A stretch of DNA of 37,051 nt from Mycobacteriales bacterium (GTDB taxonomy: Bacteria > Actinomycetota > Actinomycetes > JAFAQI01): the NCBI GenBank assembly GCA_036269855.1, contig DATBDO010000066.1:1-37051 (forward strand). The letters run 5' to 3'. Made by a program: the position numbers and the translations under genes. The notes under the pieces were generated by a model that was given only the letters and a program-made list of their open reading frames with translations, did no database searches and was not told where the DNA came from. Shown one piece after another: positions 28,095 to 35,659 of this stretch (positions within the stretch are counted from its first letter, which is position 1; each line of letters begins with the position of its first letter).

Positions 28095-29159
28095 TCAGCA
28101 GCCGGTGAGGCTCGGCGCGCCGCACAGTTCACCGCTGCGACCATCCGGATGTGTCGCTGACAGCTTCTGCGCCAGCGAAAGCTCAGCGGCGGTCGGTCCG
28201 CCGGCCTGCCCGTGCTGGAGCAGGAACGCCAGGTAGTCGTCGACTTCGCTCGGCTCGACCCGCAGGTCGTTGTGGTACTGCCCCGGGTAGGTCATGTTCG
28301 CCGCGCCGTCGAGGTGCGGCGACGTCTCGTCGAGCGGAGGATCGAAGAACGGGTCGCCTGCGCCACCGTTGTAGACCGTCATCCAGTTGGTCGGGCCGGG
28401 CGACTCGCCGTGACGGTTGAGCGCCGTGAGCCACGGCGATCCGGGCGCGATCTCGTTGCAGCCGTAGTAGGACGACTCGATACCGCGGCACACTGTGGTG
28501 CCGTGGTTCGCTCCCGCGACAGCAACGAACGCGGTCACGTCCTTGGCAAGCGTCGGATACTCGAGCATCAACTTCCGAGCGATCGTCACACCCAACGAGT
28601 GGGCGACGATGTCCACGTGCCGTGATCCGGTGTATGCCTGGACGGCTTCGACGAACCGACACAGGTCGGGCACCTCGTCATCGTTGGCGGCACCGTGACC
28701 ACCGTTGGCAAACCCGCTGGGGTTCTGCTGGAAGTAGTCGGAGTCCGGTTGGGTCGGCGATGACGTCGCGGCACCCGCATAGAAGTTGCCCAGCCCGTTG
28801 TAGGAGACGGCGTACATCTCCTGCATGGAGTAACCGGCCAGTTGCTGGAGCTGGAGCATCACGGCGAGCCAGTTCTGCGCATCAGCTTGGTTGCCGTGCA
28901 CGAACACGATCGGCGTGTGCCGCAGGGCCGAGTGCGCCCGGACGCCGCCGACGCCGCCGACCGGGAACCCGAGCCGCGCGTCGGGCACGGTGGGGAAGTC
29001 GTGGGCGAAGTAGCTGGGGGCCTGCGGCGGCAAGCTGTTGCCACCGGTGGGCTGGTCCTTGGCAGCGTCCGACGGCTGGCACGTCGGTGCGTGCGCCCTG
29101 GTCGGAGCGGCGGCGGCGTACGACGCCGTGACAGCGACCATCGTGGTCGCAATGGCCAC
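28095..29159 (-). CDS. Secreted lipase (class 2 / AHSxG type)
   Basis: It has PIVFVHGN, the AHSLG nucleophile elbow and a hydrophobic N-terminus ending APTRAHA. The start is uncertain (GTG 29159 or ATG 29141). The upstream part of the track ORF reads through antisense tRNA-Phe and I discarded it. Confidence 0.8.
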   Translation of the reverse strand: MAIATTMVAVTASYAAAAPTRAHAPTCQPSDAAKDQPTGGNSLPPQAPSYFAHDFPTVPDARLGFPVGGVGGVRAHSALRHTPIVFVHGNQADAQNWLAVMLQLQQLAGYSMQEMYAVSYNGLGNFYAGAATSSPTQPDSDYFQQNPSGFANGGHGAANDDEVPDLCRFVEAVQAYTGSRHVDIVAHSLGVTIARKLMLEYPTLAKDVTAFVAVAGANHGTTVCRGIESSYYGCNEIAPGSPWLTALNRHGESPGPTNWMTVYNGGAGDPFFDPPLDETSPHLDGAANMTYPGQYHNDLRVEPSEVDDYLAFLLQHGQAGGPTAAELSLAQKLSATHPDGRSGELCGAPSLTGC

Positions 29160-29203
29160 GGCCAGGGCGCGTCCCGGCCGGTAGACTCGGCGCGGTCCCC
29201 TCG

Positions 29204-29277
29204 GGGCAGGTAGCTCAGTTGGTACGAGCGTCCGCCTGAAAAGCGGAAGGTCGGCGGTTCGACCCCGCCCCTGCCCA
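29204..29277 (+). tRNA. tRNA-Phe (anticodon GAA)
   Basis: The sequence is GGGCAGGTAGCTCAGTTGGTACGAGCG-TCCGC-CTGAAAA-GCGGA..GGCGGTTCGACCCCGCC-CCTGCCC-A. Confidence 0.93.
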
Positions 29278-30339
29278 CTCACCACGTTCACCGTTGTACC
29301 GGCGGATGCGGTTCTCGTCGCCCGAGGTTGCCTCCGGGCTGTCGTGGAGAGCGCGAGCCACGGCCGGGGCCGTCCATCGCTTGTGCTGTGCGGTGAGGAG
29401 GCCCTCAGAGTTGAGCGCCGCCGCGATGGTGTGCAAGGACGCACCTTCGGCGACGAGAGTCGCCATCGTCGTGGCCACGACATGCGGCACCGGTTGCCGC
29501 GAGTGTTTCGGGTCAGGCGGGCCGGCGTCCCAGTACGGATCGAACAGCGCTGAGCTCAGCTCCACGGGAACGGCGCTAGCGGGGGCAGGTCGGGCGTAGC
29601 GATATCCCTGCGCGCACGTGCAGCCGATGCCTTGTAAGTAGCGCGCCTGACCCAGTGTCTCTACGCCTTCGGCGACGACACCCAACCCCACGGCACGGGC
29701 CAGCATCACGACGCTGTGCACGATCGCGGCATCGTCCTCTCGGCCCTCCACACCGTTGACGAACGTGCGGTCGATCTTCACCTCTGTCACGGGCAGGTCC
29801 CGGAGATAGAGCAACGACGAGTAGCCGGTGCCGAAGTCGTCGAGCGCGACGCCGACACCGCGCTGGCGTAACTCCTGCAGCACATCGGTTGCCGCTGCGA
29901 GCCCCTGGACTGCGGCATGCTCGGTGAGTTCGACAGTGAGACGTTCGGGCGGCAGGTTGTGACGCCACAACGATTCGTCCACCGACTCGACGAGCGCGGG
30001 CTGCACGACGTCCACCGCCGCAATGTTGACCGACATGGTCCACGAGTCCCAGACAGCCGCTTGTGCGCAGGCGCGGTCGATCACCCAGGCAGTGAGTCGG
30101 CGCATGACCGGGGTGTCGGCGACAGCCGGCAGGAAGTCGTCGGGCATGAGGACGATTCCATCGGGCCGGTGCCAGCGAACCAGGGCCTCGACCCCGCGGA
30201 TGCGGCCGGTGCCCAGAACAACGATGGGCTGGAAGTAGAGCAGGAGTTCGTCCGCGGCTAGCGCGGCAGACATCTCCCGCTGCGGATCGTGCTGGGCGTT
30301 CTCCGGGCGGGCCGAGCGCATCGACTGCATCTCGACCAC
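29215..30339 (-). CDS. Stand-alone EAL-domain protein with C-terminal recombinase-like HTH tail (paralog 2); the 3' end runs antisense into tRNA-Phe
   Basis: The EAL residues are present: GVEALVRW, ELTE, DDFGTGYSSL, KID, EGVET, QGY. The tail is TLVAEGASLHTIAAALNSEGLLTAQHKRWTAPAVARAL. The first in-frame stop is at 29215-29217, inside tRNA-Phe. Start candidates are GTG 30339, ATG 30330 and ATG 30321. Confidence 0.85.
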   Translation of the reverse strand: MVEMQSMRSARPENAQHDPQREMSAALAADELLLYFQPIVVLGTGRIRGVEALVRWHRPDGIVLMPDDFLPAVADTPVMRRLTAWVIDRACAQAAVWDSWTMSVNIAAVDVVQPALVESVDESLWRHNLPPERLTVELTEHAAVQGLAAATDVLQELRQRGVGVALDDFGTGYSSLLYLRDLPVTEVKIDRTFVNGVEGREDDAAIVHSVVMLARAVGLGVVAEGVETLGQARYLQGIGCTCAQGYRYARPAPASAVPVELSSALFDPYWDAGPPDPKHSRQPVPHVVATTMATLVAEGASLHTIAAALNSEGLLTAQHKRWTAPAVARALHDSPEATSGDENRIRRYNGERGEWAGAGSNRRPSAFQADARTN

Positions 30340-30472
30340 CTCTGAGCGAACTGTATCCCGCCGAACTCATTTTTAACCGCATTAAATCCGGACATTAGCT
30401 CCGTTATCGCCAACACTTCCGTCGCTGACGCGCGGCAGGAGCCCGTACCGCGTGTGGCGAAGACCAGATGTC

Positions 30473-32068
30473 ATGGACCAGGCCCGCCGTCTCGCCGCCG
30501 GGATGATCGCGACTGCGTGCGGGATAGCGGGTGCCGTCATCGCGCCCGCCACCGCCGGCCCAAGCCGCCCGGCGATTGCTGGGGCCGGCTGCTCCGGAAC
30601 TCGGGCGGTCGTCGCCTTCCACCCCGGGGCCAAGCTGCTGCGTCCGCAGCCTGCCCACCTGCCCACCGCGTGCGGCGTCAGCACCGGCTACCCGGGTGCC
30701 GAGAGCCACCTCGTCGTCCGCAATGACGGGACCGTCGTCTACACGCCGGCGGTCCTGCCGTCCGGTCTCGCCGGCACCGGCACGGCACCCGTCCCGGTCG
30801 GCGACCACTCGCAGTCCAACGCGAGCCCGGGGGCGATGGTTGTCACGAGCGACGAGGGCGCGCACTGGCGGCTGGTCAAGCCATCCGGAGTCACCTGGAA
30901 CCCGACCGACCACAGCGAGTACGTCGATCCCACAAGCGGGCGGACGTTCTTCGAGGACTACGGCCCGATCCCGCTGGCGCCACAGCTCGGCGCGGAACAA
31001 GAGGGGCCGGCCTACCTGAACTGGTCCGACGACCTCGAGCACTGGCACCACGTCGTACTCAACGAGGTCTTCCTGCCGGAGAACCCTCGGTTCACGTCAG
31101 GCGTCGCGCCGAAGGGGCAACCGAAGCCGCACGGTTATCCGAACGTCCTCTATTTCTGCGCCAACACCAACGTCGGCTTCGTCAGCCCGGTCATCGGTGG
31201 TCGGCTCTGCTGGCATTCACTCGACGGCGGCAGCGCGTGGGGTCAGCCGTCGGTGCTGTTCACCGGTGCCGCGCCGCAACATCCGGAATGCAACGGGCAG
31301 GGCGAGAACTACTCCGCTATCGACGGCAACTACCCGCAGGCCGCGCCGGACGGACGGCTCTACGTGATGGTGTCCTGCGGCAACGCGACCTACCTCGCGC
31401 GCAGCGACGACGAGGCGGTCACCTTCCCGGTGATTCACGCGCAGGGCAAGCCGGTGACCTTGCCGGTCCCACCGACGACAACCGGCACCGTCGGTGGCAC
31501 ACCGGAGCTCCGCATCGGACGCGACGGCACATTCATGCTCGTCTACCAGCAAGGCACCCAGCTGCTCATGCGATTGTCATCGACGCGCGGCGTGACCTGG
31601 AGCAAGCCGATCGACCTGACGGCTCCCGGGGTGACGGCCGTCAAGCAGTGGTCGCTGGCCACGACGGGAAACAGCGACTTCGCGATCGCCTTCCTCGGTC
31701 ACCGCAAAGGTCAGAGCACCTGGGACGGTTACCTGACCACTGGCCGCGACGTGCTCGGCGGCATCCGCTCGGCGGCCGGGCCGGTCTTCTACAGCGGTCA
31801 GCTCAATCGGCCTGGACATCCACTGCTGTACGGCGACAGTGTGCAGGGCTCGGGCTATCTGCAGCTGCCGGGCGGCATCAACGCGCCGTATCCGCCGCCG
31901 TTCAACAACCAGATGTTCGGCAACGACTTCATCGGCGTGGCCATCGCTCCCGACGGCACGCCCTGGGGCAGCTTCACGCAGGACTGCGGCACGTCACCCG
32001 ACGACGCGAGCTGCAAGAAGCAGGACGACCAGACCCGCGGCTTCGCCGGCCATCTCGCCCGGCACTAG
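30473..32068 (+). CDS. Secreted BNR/Asp-box repeat protein (sialidase-like beta-propeller)
   Basis: The signal peptide is MDQARRLAAGMIATACGIAGAVIAPATA. The Asp-box-like motifs are TSDEGAHW, SLDGGSAW and SSTRGVTW. Confidence 0.8.
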   Translation: MDQARRLAAGMIATACGIAGAVIAPATAGPSRPAIAGAGCSGTRAVVAFHPGAKLLRPQPAHLPTACGVSTGYPGAESHLVVRNDGTVVYTPAVLPSGLAGTGTAPVPVGDHSQSNASPGAMVVTSDEGAHWRLVKPSGVTWNPTDHSEYVDPTSGRTFFEDYGPIPLAPQLGAEQEGPAYLNWSDDLEHWHHVVLNEVFLPENPRFTSGVAPKGQPKPHGYPNVLYFCANTNVGFVSPVIGGRLCWHSLDGGSAWGQPSVLFTGAAPQHPECNGQGENYSAIDGNYPQAAPDGRLYVMVSCGNATYLARSDDEAVTFPVIHAQGKPVTLPVPPTTTGTVGGTPELRIGRDGTFMLVYQQGTQLLMRLSSTRGVTWSKPIDLTAPGVTAVKQWSLATTGNSDFAIAFLGHRKGQSTWDGYLTTGRDVLGGIRSAAGPVFYSGQLNRPGHPLLYGDSVQGSGYLQLPGGINAPYPPPFNNQMFGNDFIGVAIAPDGTPWGSFTQDCGTSPDDASCKKQDDQTRGFAGHLARH

Positions 32069-32073
32069 GACGG

Positions 32074-32112
32074 CGAACGCCGGAGGCCGAACCGAGAGGC
32101 CTCCGGCGTTCG
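32074..32112. terminator. Perfect 15-bp stem hairpin between convergent genes (bidirectional terminator candidate)
   Basis: The hairpin is CGAACGCCGGAGGCC-GAACCGAGA-GGCCTCCGGCGTTCG. It starts 6 nt after the BNR gene stop and ends 13 nt before the stop of the small minus-strand gene. Confidence 0.7.
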
Positions 32113-32124
32113 AGTCTTAGATCG

Positions 32125-32283
32125 CTACCAGCGATACCAGCGCGAACCCTCCGCCGAGCGGACGAAGAAGCCGACGAGCCAGATCGCCAACACGATCAGC
32201 GCGATCCACCACAGCACGTGCACCGCAAAGCCCAGCCCGCCGAGGATCAACGCAAGCAGCAGAACAAGAAGCACTGCGCCCAT
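32125..32283 (-). CDS. Small hydrophobic membrane protein (52 aa), not in the ORF track
   Basis: GGGAGGTGA precedes the ATG. The sequence is MGAVLLVLLLALILGGLGFAVHVLWWIALIVLAIWLVGFFVRSAEGSRWYRW. It has two TM helices and resembles small hydrophobic proteins common in Actinobacteria. Confidence 0.6.
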   Translation of the reverse strand: MGAVLLVLLLALILGGLGFAVHVLWWIALIVLAIWLVGFFVRSAEGSRWYRW

Positions 32284-32365
32284 TTGCCAGTCACCTCCCT
32301 CGCGACGTTGTCACAGACAGGTGTTCCCCGATTACGGCGAATATTCACTTCGATAGCGTCACGTC

Positions 32366-33145
32366 ATGGCTGAGAATGTCGTGCTTCTCGAGCACATCGG
32401 CCATGTCGCGGTCATCGAACTCAATCGCCCGGAAACGTTTAACGCGATCTCCACTCAACTCGCCGTCGAGCTAACCGGCGTCATGCGCGCTGTCGCGGAC
32501 GACAGTGGTGTCCGTGCAGTTGTCCTGGCCGGCGCAGGAGACCGCGCGTTCTGCGTCGGTGCCGACTTGAAAGAGCGCAACACCCTCGACGACGACGGTT
32601 TCCGCGCGCAGCGCACAGTGTTCCGTGCGGCCTTCGACAGTGTTCGTGCGCTTCCCCAACCGGCGGTCGCGGCCGTGCACGGGTTCGCATTGGGCGGCGG
32701 ATTAGAGCTCGCGCTGTCCTGCGACGTCGTCGTCGCCGACGACACCGCCGTCGTCGGCCTGCCCGAGGTGTCGCTCGGTCTTGTTCCCGGTGGGGGTGGC
32801 ACCCAACTCGCCCTACGTCGCCTCGGGCCCGGTCGCGCCGCCGACGTCGTACTCACCGGCCGCCGGATCGCGGCTGCCGAGGCGCAGCCCCTCGGGCTGA
32901 TCGACCGCTTGACGCCCGCCGGCAGCGCACGCGAGTCCGCGATGGAAATCGCCGAGCAGATCGCCCGCAACTCTCCGGTCGCGACGCGCGCCGCAAAGCA
33001 CGCGTTGCGCGAGGGGTGGTCGCTCGACTACGCCGCGGCGATGGACGTGGAGGACGTCGCGTGGCGCACCGCCGCCTTCTCGGCGGACCGCAAGGAGGGC
33101 ATCGCCGCGTTCAACGAGAAGCGCCCGCCTGCCTGGCCCGGTTGA
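32366..33145 (+). CDS. Enoyl-CoA hydratase (crotonase family)
   Basis: The blocks VAVIELNRPETFNAI, VVLAGAGDRAFCVGADLKER, AAVHGFALGGGLELALSCD and EGIAAFNEKRPP are present. Confidence 0.9.
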   Translation: MAENVVLLEHIGHVAVIELNRPETFNAISTQLAVELTGVMRAVADDSGVRAVVLAGAGDRAFCVGADLKERNTLDDDGFRAQRTVFRAAFDSVRALPQPAVAAVHGFALGGGLELALSCDVVVADDTAVVGLPEVSLGLVPGGGGTQLALRRLGPGRAADVVLTGRRIAAAEAQPLGLIDRLTPAGSARESAMEIAEQIARNSPVATRAAKHALREGWSLDYAAAMDVEDVAWRTAAFSADRKEGIAAFNEKRPPAWPG

Positions 33146-34280
33146 CCAGCTGCTTGGCGATGACGTTCTTCTGGATCTCGTTGGTGCCTTCACCGAGCAC
33201 CATCAGCGGCGCATCGCGGTAATACCGCTCGACATCGAACTCCGGTGAGTACCCATAACCGCCGTGCACGCGCATCGCGTCCGTCGTCACCTCGAGACAG
33301 ACCTCCGACGCGAACAGCTTCGCCATTCCGGCTTCAAGGTCGCACCGGACGCCGGCGTCGTACTGCTCGGCCGCGTAGAGCATCAGGCGGCGCGCCGCCT
33401 CCGTCTTCGTCGCCATCGTGGCGAGCAAATGCCCGACGGCTTGGTGCTCCCAGATCGGTTTACCGAAGGACTCGCGTTCTTGCGCGTAGCGCAGTGCGTC
33501 GTCGACCGCGGCCTGCGCCACGCCAACCGCGCGCGCCGCCACCTGAATGCGACCGAGTTCGAGCCCGCGCATCATTTGCGCGAACCCCGCACCCTCGACG
33601 GCGCCAAGCAACGCGTCCGCCGGTGCGTGATAGCTGTCGAAGACCAGCTCGCAGCTCTCGAGGCCCTTGTAGCCGAGCTTGGGCAGGTCCCGGGACACGC
33701 TGAACCCGGGACCAGGCTCGACGAGGAGAAGCGACACGCCCCGGTGTGACGGCTCCGCGTGCGGATTGGTCTTGCACAACAACGCCACCAGACCGGCCCG
33801 TCGACCGCTGGTGATCCACGTCTTGCCGCCGGTGACGACATAGGAGCCGTCGTCCTGACGCCGTGCGACGGTCCGCATCGCCTGCAGGTCGGATCCGCCG
33901 CCGGGCTCGGTGAGAGCCATCGCCGCGCGGATCTCGCCGGTTGCCAGCCGGGGGAGCCAGCTCTTGCGCTGCTCGTCCGTGCCGAACGCCGTGAGGAGCG
34001 AGCTCACCACTGAGTGCGGGCCCATCGCCCCGGCGAGGCTCATCCAGCCGCGGGCGAGCTCCGCCGCGACGAGCGCGAAGCACGACGCGGAGACCGGAGA
34101 GCCGCCGTACTGCTCCGGAATGACAAGGCCAAAGACGCCCAGACCGCGCATCCGCTCGATCAAGTCGGCGGGAAAGGTGTTGGTGTGCTCCAGCTCGCGG
34201 GCGACCGGGCGGACCTCACGGTCGACAAATGTCGCGATCGTCGCGACGTACTGCTGTTCCTCGGCGCTCAGCGATCCCAT
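33111..34280 (-). CDS. Acyl-CoA dehydrogenase
   Basis: The blocks ALTEPGGGSD, GGKTWITSG and YRDAPLMVLGEGTNEIQ (catalytic Glu region) are present. The 3' end overlaps the convergent echA by 35 nt. Confidence 0.92.
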   Translation of the reverse strand: MGSLSAEEQQYVATIATFVDREVRPVARELEHTNTFPADLIERMRGLGVFGLVIPEQYGGSPVSASCFALVAAELARGWMSLAGAMGPHSVVSSLLTAFGTDEQRKSWLPRLATGEIRAAMALTEPGGGSDLQAMRTVARRQDDGSYVVTGGKTWITSGRRAGLVALLCKTNPHAEPSHRGVSLLLVEPGPGFSVSRDLPKLGYKGLESCELVFDSYHAPADALLGAVEGAGFAQMMRGLELGRIQVAARAVGVAQAAVDDALRYAQERESFGKPIWEHQAVGHLLATMATKTEAARRLMLYAAEQYDAGVRCDLEAGMAKLFASEVCLEVTTDAMRVHGGYGYSPEFDVERYYRDAPLMVLGEGTNEIQKNVIAKQLVNRARQAGASR

Positions 34281-34311
34281 GCGGCCAGTGTCGCGGGTGC
34301 CGGAGAACGCC

Positions 34312-34350
34312 GACAGGCCACGTCACCCGGGTGAGGGGACGCGGCCTGTC
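34312..34350 (-). terminator. Long imperfect hairpin downstream of bldC (terminator candidate)
   Basis: The outer arms GACAGGCCACG / CGCGGCCTGTC have one mismatch. They enclose the perfect palindrome TCACCCGGGTGA. The hairpin lies 53 nt after the bldC stop. Confidence 0.45.
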
Positions 34351-34402
34351 TGACTGTTCGTTGCGCCGCTGCTGGGCTACGGCGCACCGAAGTGCTGGTG
34401 AG

Positions 34403-34612
34403 TCAGCCTTCGTCGACGCGCTGGCTGGGGATACCGGCGAGCAAGGCGCGGACCTCACTCTCGCGGTAGCGGCGGTGGCCGCCCAGCGTGCGGATCGATG
34501 TGAGCTTGCCTGCCTTCGCCCAGCGCGTGACCGTCTTGGGGTCGACACGGAACATCGTGGCGACCTCGGCCGGCGTGAGCAGCGGCTCGGCGTCAGGCGT
34601 GCGAGCGCTCAT
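34403..34612 (-). CDS. bldC: BldC, small MerR/excisionase-like developmental DNA-binding protein
   Basis: The sequence MSARTPDAEPLLTPAEVATMFRVDPKTVTRWAKAGKLTSIRTLGGHRRYRESEVRALLAG matches Streptomyces BldC almost residue for residue, as I recall it. A GAAGGAG RBS precedes ATG 34612. Confidence 0.9.
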   Translation of the reverse strand: MSARTPDAEPLLTPAEVATMFRVDPKTVTRWAKAGKLTSIRTLGGHRRYRESEVRALLAGIPSQRVDEG

Positions 34613-34768
34613 GACTTTTTCTCCTTCTCGGGGGGTCGCAATGCCGGTAGCGACCCGTGCGCTCATGGTGCCTTTTCGGCGGCTTGTCCGATATGGCTAG
34701 GTCGGGCCATCTTTCCGGTTGGAAGGACTAGTCCGGCTTAGACCGAAATAGGGCCTGTCCCGAGCGCG

Positions 34769-35641
34769 TTAGTTGGCGTGCTCGAGCGCGGCGACAATCC
34801 GCCAGCGCCCGGTGATCTCCTCGTAACGCGTACCCGCCGATGCCGCGTCGCCCCGGCTGAGGTCGTCGAGCGCGGCAGCGATGTCGCCGACGCTGTCGTC
34901 TGCGGACAGCGCCTCGTCGTCCATGAGGTGCACCAAGCCGCCGTAATCGAGCTCGACGAGCGAATGCGGGTGGAACTCCTCCAGCCACCTGCCGAGCTCC
35001 TCGAGCGCCTCGACCGCGGGGCCGTCGTCGAAGACCCGCTGTACGACGTGGAGCGCGCGCGCGGCTCGGCGGCGGGCGCGCGACATGGCGGTGAGGTAGA
35101 CGAGGGCTCGATCGAGCCCGGTTTGGGCCAGCATTCCGGGGAGCTGCGCGCCCGCCCCTCGGCGCTCGCCGAGGACGAGCCGGCGCTCCTCCGGCTCGAA
35201 CAGTGCGAACCATGGCAACGGGATGCTCCAGGTCGAGCTCCGGATGCCCGGCGAGATGTCCGGGTTGCTGGTCTCCCAGGAGTCTTGCTCGAGCTCGGCG
35301 GCGAGCAGCGTCGCCGGCGGCAGGAACGCCTCGGTCAGCTCATCGGGCAGCAGCGAGCGGAAGTCCTCGAGCGCCTGCCAGGCCCGCAGCTGCAAGCGCC
35401 ACGGGCAGACGTAGGTCAGCCCGTCGACATGGCGCACGTAGGCGTGCTCGCCGTCCGCGCCCACGTCGACCCGCGGCGGCACCGCGCAGGCGGCAGTCAG
35501 GGCCTTCTCGTGCTCCAGCGACATGAGCACCGACCGGCTCGGCGGCCCGCCGTCGACGTACGACGTCCACCGGTGACGCTCGTCTTCGTCGAACGCGCCC
35601 AGCGGCTCGTAGACGCGCAGGTGCGCCGCGTAGCCGATCAC
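34769..35641 (-). CDS. Conserved hypothetical protein (the bldC neighbour)
   Basis: The 290-aa ORF has high GC3 and a GTG start. It occupies the position between bldC and the amino-acid dehydrogenase, as in Streptomyces by my recollection of SCO4089-4091. I recognise no motif. Confidence 0.7.
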   Translation of the reverse strand: MIGYAAHLRVYEPLGAFDEDERHRWTSYVDGGPPSRSVLMSLEHEKALTAACAVPPRVDVGADGEHAYVRHVDGLTYVCPWRLQLRAWQALEDFRSLLPDELTEAFLPPATLLAAELEQDSWETSNPDISPGIRSSTWSIPLPWFALFEPEERRLVLGERRGAGAQLPGMLAQTGLDRALVYLTAMSRARRRAARALHVVQRVFDDGPAVEALEELGRWLEEFHPHSLVELDYGGLVHLMDDEALSADDSVGDIAAALDDLSRGDAASAGTRYEEITGRWRIVAALEHAN

Positions 35642-35659
35642 TGGTCCATCCTGTCAGGT

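Noticed and set aside
25052-29203. Calling the inter-tRNA cargo a bona fide integrative mobile element
   Set aside because: No integrase, excisionase, transposase or obvious direct repeat of a tRNA 3' end was seen by eye. I kept it as a finding needing computation, not as a mobile_element feature.
29160-29483. Upstream extension of the lipase ORF (the track gives 28095..29483)
   Set aside because: The extension translates antisense tRNA-Phe and the 3' end of the EAL gene region. The signal-peptide-like segment starts only around 29159 or 29141.
30340-30472. AT-rich patch (ACTCATTTTTAACCGCATTAAATCCGGACATTAGCTCC) between EAL paralog 2 and the BNR gene, considered as a possible small RNA or insertion scar
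   Set aside because: It has no stable structure or repeat. It is most simply the shared divergent promoter region, and AT-rich spacers are expected there in a GC-rich genome.
34778-35659. N-terminal 294 codons of the 651-aa plus-strand ORF that ends as valine dehydrogenase
   Set aside because: This part is exactly antisense to the 34769..35641 gene and has no dehydrogenase homology. Homology begins at [13 protein letters not shown], so I trimmed the CDS to GTG 35660.
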